From contig DAIDAB010000004.1 in the NCBI GenBank assembly GCA_027310845.1, forward strand, positions 1 through 24,497: 24,497 bases of DNA, written 5' to 3'. This stretch comes from a bacterium. GTDB taxonomy: Archaea > Thermoproteota > Nitrososphaeria > Nitrososphaerales > CADDZS01. Both the position numbers and the translations under genes were made by a program. The notes under the pieces were generated by a model that was not told the origin of the DNA, made no database searches, and saw nothing but the letters and a program-made list of their open reading frames with translations. Below, in pieces: positions 7,880-15,232 of the stretch; position 1 is the first letter of the stretch; every line of letters starts with the position of its first letter.

Positions 7880-8752
7880 GTTGATCCTTACCTTGTTTTC
7901 TAACTTTTTTGCTACTTCTTAATCAAAGGGCACCGAAATCGAGAGGTAACTGCATGCGGTTTTCTCTCGAAAGTCCTTTCGATATCAACCCCCGCCAAAA
8001 CTGGCAGGAATCAGCTTTTGCATGCCAACCGAGCTAAACCGATCTACTGAGCTTAGTCTTGATGCCCAAATTAAAATCTTTGCTTTCGACGATTTTGAGC
8101 GTTAAACGGTGCACAATCAAGGCTATCTCCAACTCTCAATGCCTCATATAATTAACACGCGCTTTCATTCGATTGACTGTTCTAAGATAAGCACGAATCT
8201 TCTTCTCTTCTCAAAGTCAGTGCGTAGAAGATCTCTGGAGAAGTATAGGTTCACTGGCGAATTTTTTCAGACAAGAACTATGCGGTTCTCAAAGTAGTGT
8301 CCCAAGTCAACAAGCACAATCTTTCAGCTTGATCTATTTCTTGCCTCAAGGCATATAGAACTTCATGCCTATGCCAAACGCTGATAATTTAGACTGATAA
8401 GTTGTGTTCAATTGCACATTGTCAATGATGGCTCTGAAAGTTTGACTCTTTCTCACTTTGAAGTCCAAAGGGCCGTTTTGTTGTTCCTACTTCGATTTTG
8501 ACCATAACGGTGGTCGATACAGCAAGGCCCGATGGTATCGAAAATGGCTATTAGGTTACTATATTTCCAGAATGCTGAGAACAGTTCCGAAGAATATCGG
8601 GACAAGCTAGAATTAATTTGTAATTCCTTCAAGAGATCAAATGGCAAAAGTGCGATGTATCGGAATCGGAAGTAGCATAGTATCTGTAGTACGGATCACA
8701 GCTACGTTTTTCTAATCCATCAGCGCATATCGCCAATGGAAGAACTCACATT

Positions 8753-8962
8753 ATGAGTACCCTGAAACAAACGCATTCTGTTTCGAATGCCCAAGAGTCG
8801 CTGCCACTGGCTGAACAGTTTGATATCAACTTAAGGCAGAGCTGTATAGACTGCGCGTTTGTCATTAGCTGCCCGATAGCTCAAGAAAAGGGCGGCCCTG
8901 ATATCGATGTGCTAGTCGGAAGCTACAGGGTGGCGGCGTTGAAAGAGCGCTGTCTGCTCTAA
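8753..8962 (+). CDS. Small hypothetical protein with CxxC-x5-C
   Basis: ATG start, 69 aa; its stop overlaps the convergent stop of the FtsZ-like gene (8959-8962). No recognised family. Confidence 0.3.
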   Translation: MSTLKQTHSVSNAQESLPLAEQFDINLRQSCIDCAFVISCPIAQEKGGPDIDVLVGSYRVAALKERCLL

Positions 8963-9807
8963 ATACCAAATAGTATTGCCGTCATGCTAATTCGTCCGGT
9001 CTCCACTTGTGGTTGGAGTCTGGACTCAACCGCGGACCTCAGTCCCTCTCTTATTCTTATTCCCATTTTGACATTGACTCTGCGAATTAATTTCATCGCG
9101 TCTTTGTCGGTTTGAAGATCGGTTTCAGTTAGCTCGACACCTTGTTTCATCGCTATGGTTTTCGAAATTGAATAGATTTCTCGAAGCTTCACTTCTTCGG
9201 CGCACGAGAAATGAAGTAATGCAGATCGTGCAACCAAGCAGGAATCAGGAAGTCTGGAAATGATACCGGTAGGCAAATCATCAGACTCGTTGAAAGCCAA
9301 ACCAATCCCTCTAGCGATATTTTTAACATCCGCGATGTCGATGTTTAGTAGGCTTGGTACAACAAGGCTCTCGAAGAAATGAAAGATGACATTTGAAATC
9401 TCCGAGAACCAGTCATTCCTAGAAGACTCGCAGAGCACAACTGCGTCGGAGATTCTCAGATACCTCTTAGAAAAACCAAATTGAGTCTTGGGCGCAAATG
9501 CAAGCACAATTGGTCCCTCGGATCTTGGTCGGAATGAGCGCAAGAAAGAGAATTCTCTCGGCGCGCCGATAAGTCCTACCACATCAAAATCGTAGAGACG
9601 CGACGAATCCATTTTTTCTTGTTCCTGTAGAGAAGATGCCGCGAGGACCCTTATCCCGAGGGGGGAGAAGAATCTGAGAGTATCTTCAAGAGCTTTCGGA
9701 GGTGTCGTCGGCAACTTTGAGCCCAGAATAATCGCTACACGGTTGGGCCTGGTGATTAGTCGCTCTTCTGGGTCAGGGCCCTGATACATATCCGAAATCG
9801 ATTCCAT
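8959..9807 (-). CDS. Degenerate FtsZ/tubulin-fold protein (T7 loop intact, GTP-binding glycine loops lost)
   Basis: PSLLNIDIADVKNI matches FtsZ PGLMNVDFADVRTV. ARSALLHFSCAEEVKLREI matches ARGVLVNITAGFDLRLDEF. NVKMGIRI and ISMTAILFGI match TVVIGTSL and LRVTVVATGI. No GGGTGTG and no GxGGGG. Confidence 0.75.
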   Translation of the reverse strand: MESISDMYQGPDPEERLITRPNRVAIILGSKLPTTPPKALEDTLRFFSPLGIRVLAASSLQEQEKMDSSRLYDFDVVGLIGAPREFSFLRSFRPRSEGPIVLAFAPKTQFGFSKRYLRISDAVVLCESSRNDWFSEISNVIFHFFESLVVPSLLNIDIADVKNIARGIGLAFNESDDLPTGIISRLPDSCLVARSALLHFSCAEEVKLREIYSISKTIAMKQGVELTETDLQTDKDAMKLIRRVNVKMGIRIREGLRSAVESRLQPQVETGRISMTAILFGI

Positions 9808-9835
9808 CGGGCTCGCCCGCCGTGGAAAGGTAATT

Positions 9836-10081
9836 TCAATCAGCTATCCACGGAAGGGCATCTCTCCGCCTGAGCAAACCTGCCCGGCGGAACTGATTGA
9901 CCGTCCTGTGAACGAAATCAGCTATCCTCTGACGTTGCCAAACCACTAACCATGCGTCGAATGCGCCATAGGCAAAACCTGCCCATGGACCGAGCTGAGA
10001 GACACCAATCCTATATGCAAAAAGTATGCTGGCTACATCTACAAATGATGCCACAATGTTTTCTCGTGTCTCGCGAAGCAA
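9836..10081 (-). CDS. Small putative membrane protein (about two hydrophobic segments and an Arg-rich C-terminus)
   Basis: IVASFVDVASILFAYRIGV and GPWAGFAYGAFDAWLVVW followed by a basic tail. Ends 28 bp before the FtsZ-like start; a TATA-like box sits 25 nt upstream of its TTG. Confidence 0.6.
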   Translation of the reverse strand: MLRETRENIVASFVDVASILFAYRIGVSQLGPWAGFAYGAFDAWLVVWQRQRIADFVHRTVNQFRRAGLLRRRDALPWIAD

Positions 10082-10105
10082 GTCTGAGATAATTGTGATG
10101 CGACC

Positions 10106-10112
10106 TATTTAA
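10106..10112 (-). promoter_or_regulatory. Putative archaeal TATA box (TTAAATA) for a leaderless transcript of the membrane protein/FtsZ-like operon
   Basis: TTAAATA on the minus strand ends 25 nt before TTG 10081, the usual spacing for leaderless archaeal mRNAs. Confidence 0.5.
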
Positions 10113-10114
10113 TT

Positions 10115-10135
10115 CGGTTATGAATTCCAGAACCG
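10115..10135. promoter_or_regulatory. Imperfect 21-bp palindrome, candidate operator
   Basis: CGGTTATGAATTCCAGAACCG has 16 of 20 non-central positions self-complementary. It lies directly upstream of the TATA box in a divergent intergenic region. Confidence 0.35.
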
Positions 10136-10280
10136 TACCGTTAATGCTACATTGAGATAATTTGTAACCACTTTGCCGGAATCCAAGTTAAAGAAGGGAT
10201 TTATCCCTACATTCATCATCGCGTCCATACAGTGAACTAGTACGCAGGACTCGAAATCGGCCGCCGCTCGACGGTCAAGA

Positions 10281-10562
10281 ATGGAAGTGAAGATCGATAT
10301 CATGCGGGCAATCAGAGAAGGAGCAGGGAGGCCGACTCATATTATGTATCGCTCTAATCTTTCTTGGAGTGTGATGCAAAACTTCATTTATTCTATGGAG
10401 CTTCAGGGTCTTGTGATCACAAGAGATAGTGAGGGGAGAAAGGCGTATTCTCTGACCGAGAAGGGCCAGCGAGTTCTTGATACTTATCTTTCTGTCAGAA
10501 AGCAACTGGATGCACTCACTCCAATTGTGACAAGCACCTTAGCATCTGACCAAGCTCATTGA
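10281..10562 (+). CDS. Archaeal winged-helix transcriptional regulator (COG3432-like); true start possibly upstream (ACG at 10242)
   Basis: DIMRAI...PTHIMYRSNLSW...GLV...YSLTEKG. In-frame RRSR lies immediately before the ATG. Confidence 0.85.
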   Translation: MEVKIDIMRAIREGAGRPTHIMYRSNLSWSVMQNFIYSMELQGLVITRDSEGRKAYSLTEKGQRVLDTYLSVRKQLDALTPIVTSTLASDQAH

Positions 10563-10649
10563 AGATTTTCGCGTGAAAGTGCAAAGCGAAAGTCAGGCGA
10601 TTATGTTATCTATCGATCTCAGAAATAGAGCGTTTCGTCAGGCGAAAGA

Positions 10650-11093
10650 TTGCCTACTGTCGAAGCGAGCGAGCAGTTTGAGATCGATGCGAGCAGAGAC
10701 AAGTGCTGGAATTTCTTCTCCGAACTTTCGAATATAGCCTCCTGCATCCCGGGCTGCGAATCTGTCATACGAATCGACGACACGACCGCAGAGTTGCGAG
10801 TAAAGCTCAAAGTCGGATACCTTGCAAAGACTTTCCAAATGAAAGCGAGGTTCAAGGAAGTTTTGCCTCCGGGCCATATTGCTTTCGTTGGAAACGGACC
10901 AGATGCAGAAGTTTCTGGTGCTTTGGATATCAATCCTACAGAAATTGGGAGTCGCACATCAGTCAAATACAGTATAGAGATACGACCCATCTCTGTCGTC
11001 GGAAGGACCGCAGTTTCGATGATGGGAAAAGACTTGGTTAAGAAACAAGTGAGGCAGTTTGTCCTATGCGTGAAGGCAAAGCTCGAAGTCTAG
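10650..11093 (+). CDS. coxG: CoxG/SRPBCC-family protein
   Basis: FEIDASRDKCWNFFSELSNIASCIPGCE and VKLKVGYL are the START/SRPBCC CoxG pattern; lies next to CoxS/CoxM-like genes. Confidence 0.8.
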   Translation: MPTVEASEQFEIDASRDKCWNFFSELSNIASCIPGCESVIRIDDTTAELRVKLKVGYLAKTFQMKARFKEVLPPGHIAFVGNGPDAEVSGALDINPTEIGSRTSVKYSIEIRPISVVGRTAVSMMGKDLVKKQVRQFVLCVKAKLEV

Positions 11094-11096
11094 TAC

Positions 11097-11642
11097 TCAG
11101 GTCTTCATACGCTTGACTGTTTCTCTCAACCATTTTGTAGTTTTTCCCTCGCTGACGGAAACGAAATTCCTCATGTCGCCAAGTGACATGAATTCAACAG
11201 AGTCTATCTCGTCAGGGTTGGGGTAGTACTCCCCATCGTATCTTCCGCAATAGACCTTGCAGAACTCGTTCTCCTTATGATCTCCCAAGTCTTCTATGTA
11301 CTTAAAATCAAACAGATGTGCGAGCATCGGAACCTCTGAAATCCCGAGCTCTTTACCGAAGGCTCTTTGAAGGGCAGACTCATACGTCTCTCCCTCCCTA
11401 ACATGGGTGGTCGCCGAAACGTCCAGTCTGCTTCCGCCTAGCTTCTTCCCAGATCTCCACTGAAGCAGATACTTGCCATCTTTCCGTTGGATCATCCCGA
11501 TAACTGCTGCATGAAGCTTGGAGGAAACGGTAAGATGCAATTTCTCTCTTGATTCTAAAGTCAAGAGCTTTCCTCGCTTATCTGAGGTATAGATCATCTC
11601 GCGTCCGCTTGCACTTGACGAATCACGCTTTCGGGAGGTCAT
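11097..11642 (-). CDS. NUDIX-fold protein resembling type 1 IPP isomerase (IDI1), with the catalytic Cys replaced
   Basis: KLH...LHAAV...YLLQWRS.KK...DVSATTHVREGE...KELGI...FKY...ENEFCKV...PNPDEI. Start placed at ATG 11642 (alternative 11597), because the track start at 11801 overlaps the coxS-like gene. Confidence 0.75.
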   Translation of the reverse strand: MTSRKRDSSSASGREMIYTSDKRGKLLTLESREKLHLTVSSKLHAAVIGMIQRKDGKYLLQWRSGKKLGGSRLDVSATTHVREGETYESALQRAFGKELGISEVPMLAHLFDFKYIEDLGDHKENEFCKVYCGRYDGEYYPNPDEIDSVEFMSLGDMRNFVSVSEGKTTKWLRETVKRMKT

Positions 11643-11701
11643 TTGAGTATCTGCGCTCGCGAATGAATTTCTGGCTTTTGAAAAACACTTCTGTCGATTT
11701 C

Positions 11702-12199
11702 TCAGGAATCGTGTTCTTGCGTCTGGTTTCGAGCCTCCTTCATGGCGCGCGAGGCGGCTTTGACTGACTCGAAGATCTTTGTATACCCCGTGCACCTGCA
11801 CAAGTTTCCTACCAAAGCCTCCCTTATTTCAAACTCTGTTGGTTCTGCAGTGCTGTCCAGAAGTGCCTTGGCCGACATTATGAATCCGGGCGTGCAATAC
11901 CCGCACTGGAGGCCTCCAATATCAATGAATGATCTCTGGATAATGTCAAGTTCGTTGTTCTTGACAAGCCCTTCAACAGTCATGATCTCTCTGTCCACAG
12001 CTTGCATGGCATACATCATGCATGAGTAAGTCGCCTTTCCATCCACAACGACGGTGCAAGAACCGCAGCCTCCGGTTTCGCATCCCTTCTTGGTTCCAAT
12101 CAGCCCGAGCCTCTCTCGGATAACATAATTGAGCGACTCAGAGGGATCGATTGCAAGTCCGTGCCTTTGGCCATTCACTTTCAGAACTATCTCCTCCAA
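11702..12199 (-). CDS. 2x[2Fe-2S] small subunit of a xanthine/CO/aldehyde dehydrogenase-family molybdoenzyme (CoxS/CutC-like)
   Basis: GTKKGCETGGCGSCTV...SC, LQCGYCTPGF and GNLCRCTGY. Confidence 0.95.
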   Translation of the reverse strand: MEEIVLKVNGQRHGLAIDPSESLNYVIRERLGLIGTKKGCETGGCGSCTVVVDGKATYSCMMYAMQAVDREIMTVEGLVKNNELDIIQRSFIDIGGLQCGYCTPGFIMSAKALLDSTAEPTEFEIREALVGNLCRCTGYTKIFESVKAASRAMKEARNQTQEHDS

Positions 12200-12202
12200 A
12201 AC

Positions 12203-13174
12203 TCACTTCCCTCCAAGTGCGCTCATTGATCTCTTGCATGCGTTAGTGGTCGCCCTCGCCGCAAGCACTTTAGCTAGCTGGAGCCGGTAGTCGCTGGATG
12301 CTCTGAAGTCGGAAACTGTTTTGATTTCTTTGGGTATGCTATTAGAGAATATGGTCTTGATTCTCTCTACATCGGTGGCCTCAGTACCCGACAAGGCATC
12401 CTCAGTCGATTTGACACGCATCGGTTTTTCCCCAACTCCTCCTCCTAGCACAATCACTGGCTCTGCGATTCTACGTTTCTGGTCTACAGAAAGAGAAACC
12501 CCGCAGTTGATCAGCGCCCAGTCATCATGGGTTGCGGCGAATTTCTGAAAAGCACTAGATCTTCTTGAGCCATCCCGCGCAAGGGGCAATTCTATCTCAC
12601 TTACAAATTCTCCTTGTTCCAACGCAATTGCGAAATATCCAATCATGAATTCATCGATCTTCTTCTTTACGCCGCTGGGGGCAAGTCTGACCTCAGCGTT
12701 CAAACATTGCAGAGCAACAGGCAGATCCAAGAACGGAAGCGCCGTGCATATTGCGCCTCCGATTGTTGCAACGTTCTTCACCTGAGGAGGTTGGATTGAA
12801 TTTAGGGCGTCAGAAATAGCGGAGAACTCATCTCTCGCAGCAAGTTCACTCGATCTGGCAAGCTCCGACAACGTTGTCGTTGCACCAATTCTCAAAAAAT
12901 CTCTTCCCAAGGAGAAATATGAAAGATTCAAGCCGCTTATGTCAATAAGGGTTTCAACATCTGTGATGAGGCCCCTGTGTACGACTTCATAGATGCCTGT
13001 TCCTCCGGCAATTATCCTGCCACGCTCGCCGAGATTCATAAGTTGCCTACAAAGCTCCTGTTCCGTCTTTGGCCTCAGATAAGACTTCGGTCTGAATTCA
13101 AGCGACAATGTCGGTACTTTGATTCGTTTCTTACGCTGCAGTATATCAGATTTCGCCAAACTGTCAACAATCAA
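12203..13174 (-). CDS. FAD-binding medium subunit (CoxM/CutB-like); alternative TTG start at 13108
   Basis: IIAGGT, LIDIS, LRIGATTT, QVKNVATIGG and AFQKF. The ATG overlaps the upstream TGA (ATGA). Confidence 0.92.
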   Translation of the reverse strand: MIVDSLAKSDILQRKKRIKVPTLSLEFRPKSYLRPKTEQELCRQLMNLGERGRIIAGGTGIYEVVHRGLITDVETLIDISGLNLSYFSLGRDFLRIGATTTLSELARSSELAARDEFSAISDALNSIQPPQVKNVATIGGAICTALPFLDLPVALQCLNAEVRLAPSGVKKKIDEFMIGYFAIALEQGEFVSEIELPLARDGSRRSSAFQKFAATHDDWALINCGVSLSVDQKRRIAEPVIVLGGGVGEKPMRVKSTEDALSGTEATDVERIKTIFSNSIPKEIKTVSDFRASSDYRLQLAKVLAARATTNACKRSMSALGGK

Positions 13175-13746
13175 CGCATCTTCTCAGAAGAGATCATCTT
13201 CACGAGATCTGCGTTCGTGATAATGCCAGTTACTTGGCCTTTCTTGGCAGTCAGGACAGCTTGAAAATGCTGGAGAAGTGGGATTAAAACTGAGATTGGT
13301 GTGTCCTCAGCTAGCATAGGGAATGCCTCGTCCATAACGTCTAGAATTGGTCTAGAAAGAAGCAACTTCGGATTCGTGACTCTCAGGAGCCTGTTGGAAA
13401 TGTTTCTCTCTGATATGCTCCCGACCCAGTGATTATTTTTGTCACGCACAGGAATCTGCTTGAATCCATGCTGTTGCATTATCTGGACGGCTCGTGAGAT
13501 CAAATCTGACTCTTCAAGGCTGACGACCCTTTTCATGGCGATATCTCCAGCTAAGCCAATTTGTGGGCTCCCAAAAGAATCCAGGATTTCGTATGCTTTG
13601 CGAACAAGTTCATAGCTTGGGCTAAGCTTTCTATTCTCAATCTTTGTCACGGTAGATTGACTTACTCCTATGTACGAGGCAAACTTTCTCTGGCTAAGCC
13701 CTAACTTCACTCGTCTTTTCTTGATCTCTTCGATCGGGGGAAGCAT
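13171..13746 (-). CDS. XRE-type HTH regulator with a C-terminal CBS pair (COG3620-like)
   Basis: IKKRRVKLGLSQRKFASYIGVSQSTVTKIE (HTH_3), followed by CBS motifs FKQIPV and GIITNADL. Confidence 0.92.
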   Translation of the reverse strand: MLPPIEEIKKRRVKLGLSQRKFASYIGVSQSTVTKIENRKLSPSYELVRKAYEILDSFGSPQIGLAGDIAMKRVVSLEESDLISRAVQIMQQHGFKQIPVRDKNNHWVGSISERNISNRLLRVTNPKLLLSRPILDVMDEAFPMLAEDTPISVLIPLLQHFQAVLTAKKGQVTGIITNADLVKMISSEKMR

Positions 13747-13792
13747 TTGGGTACTTGCACCGGTTGCACTTTGAGTCTCAATTCAATGATTC

Positions 13793-13798
13793 TTATAA
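13793..13798 (-). promoter_or_regulatory. Putative TATA box (TTATAA) for the HTH-CBS/coxM/coxS/NUDIX operon
   Basis: TTATAA ends 47 nt upstream of ATG 13746 and is the only TATA-like hexamer between the gene and the IS. Confidence 0.45.
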
Positions 13799-13805
13799 GG
13801 AATCG

Positions 13806-13814
13806 CCTCGAACC
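13806..13814. repeat. Left target-site duplication CCTCGAACC
   Basis: Identical to 14842-14850; identity extends 2 more nt (TA), so 9-11 bp is possible. Confidence 0.85.
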
Positions 13815-14841
13815 TAGGTTGTAGCACAACCATGAAGGAAAGCTTTTAGCTCTCAGATTCTTGTGCGATGATATGCCTCATGGGATGTCCTGGCACGATT
13901 ACAATGAATCTTTGGTCGAGAGAGGAAGGATCATCTTCGATCTTGGATTTGCAAGCTCTTGGAAGAGTGAGCTCAAATCGATGAATAAGCACAAGGTTGG
14001 AAGACCCTTTGATTTTCCTGAATCGTACATTGAATTTCTCACATTCATGAAAGTAGGATTTGACGCTCCGTATCGGTTGATTGAAGGAGCTACTGAAGCT
14101 CTCTCCGAATACATCTCATTTATCAAGAACATTTGTTTCACCCAGATTCGGAGGAGGATGATCCGTCTCATGAAGGGAAAGAAACCAGCGGAAATTATTG
14201 GAGCGGTGAATGATGGAAAGGAGCCTGTCACAGTCGTGGTTGATTCGACCGGTCTAACTACCACGAACAGAGGCTCATACATCGAGGATAAGTGGAGGAA
14301 GGAAAAGAGAAAGTTTCTCAAATTACACATTTTAGCTGATAAAAAGACAGGCAAGATCGCAGGCTTTAGAGTCACTTCAGAGCACACGGGCGATGCGAAG
14401 AAATTCGTTCCACTCGTCAAGGAGGCATCAAAGAAGAACAAGATCTCGAAGATCTATGGAGACACATCTTACGATGCAAGGAGGAATTTCAATCTCCTAG
14501 ATGAACTGGAAATCGAACCTGCAATCAAGATACGAAAGAATGCTAGAACTCTATCAAGAGGATCTCCTCTTCGAAGGGAGGAAACTGTCCTGATGAAGAG
14601 GCTCTGTCTCGAAGGGTGGAAGAAACTCAAAGACTATGGAAAGAGGTGGATGGCTGAAATTGTGTTCTCCTCGTTCAAAAGAGTGTTAGGTGAAGCTATC
14701 AGATCTAGGAAATTTCTCTGCCAGAAGGCTGAAGCTTCACTCAAGGTCATGCTTTACAACAAGTTCATCTCCGTGTAGAAATGAAAAATCATGCCGAACT
14801 AGAAAACACGTCTCAAATGAATTGAATTAGGCCACATGCTA
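13815..14841 (+). mobile_element. IS5-family (IS903-like) insertion sequence, ~1027 bp
   Basis: Flanked by direct repeats CCTCGAACC (13806-13814 and 14842-14850). Imperfect terminal IRs TAGGTTGTAGCACAA vs TAGCATGTGGCCTAA (reverse complement of right end; 10/15 identical). Contains one intact transposase. Confidence 0.88.
13861..14778 (+). CDS. IS5-family DDE transposase
   Basis: SWHDYNESLVERG (IS903-like N-terminus), VVVDSTG (D), GDTSYD (D) and RWMAEIVFSSFKR (E); uninterrupted frame. The real start may be a downstream ATG. Confidence 0.93.
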   Translation: MCDDMPHGMSWHDYNESLVERGRIIFDLGFASSWKSELKSMNKHKVGRPFDFPESYIEFLTFMKVGFDAPYRLIEGATEALSEYISFIKNICFTQIRRRMIRLMKGKKPAEIIGAVNDGKEPVTVVVDSTGLTTTNRGSYIEDKWRKEKRKFLKLHILADKKTGKIAGFRVTSEHTGDAKKFVPLVKEASKKNKISKIYGDTSYDARRNFNLLDELEIEPAIKIRKNARTLSRGSPLRREETVLMKRLCLEGWKKLKDYGKRWMAEIVFSSFKRVLGEAIRSRKFLCQKAEASLKVMLYNKFISV

Positions 14842-14850
14842 CCTCGAACC
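14842..14850. repeat. Right target-site duplication CCTCGAACC
   Basis: Identical to 13806-13814. Confidence 0.85.
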
Positions 14851-14964
14851 TAAACTCGCCTAGTGCGAGAATCGCAGGGGCGTATTGCTCGCCCGCCTTG
14901 TCGAAGTGTTCTTGGGCGTTTCAAAACCGTTATGTCGTTCGACTCTGTTTCATGTTAATTCACC

Positions 14965-15156
14965 TTGCAGCGAGAAAATAAATCGCCTGCTGCCAAGAAA
15001 GAGAAAGAAGCAGATAGCCTAAATTATTATTGTGCTAATTTCTTCGCGGCTTTCAAATCCGAGAAAGGTTTGGAAGAGCACATGAAAACGCACTTGGAAC
15101 TAAAGGTGGAGACATCAATCTGTCGAATGCAGGCAACGCCTGCAGGCGTAATTTAG
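14965..15156 (+). CDS. Small protein with a degenerate C2H2 zinc finger (second Cys replaced by Phe)
   Basis: Y-Y-C-A-N-F-F-A-A-F-K-S-E-K-G-L-E-E-H-M-K-T-H fits Y-x-C-x2-[C]-x3-F-x5-L-x2-H-x3-H. Codon TTC at 15040-15042 is one base from TGC. Confidence 0.6.
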   Translation: MQRENKSPAAKKEKEADSLNYYCANFFAAFKSEKGLEEHMKTHLELKVETSICRMQATPAGVI

Positions 15157-15232
15157 AGAAAGCATTCTCAGGGTTGAATCTCGGCAATTCGCGCAAAATT
15201 GACATTGGTGCTCGTAGGACTCGTAATGAAAA

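Noticed and set aside
11643-11801. Long N-terminus given to the NUDIX ORF by the track
   Set aside because: Overlaps the coxS-like gene by 100 bp and has no NUDIX similarity; ATG 11642 or 11597 fits better.
13899-14441. 180-aa minus-strand ORF inside the IS
   Set aside because: Antisense to the transposase with shadow-like composition; no evidence for a second IS gene.
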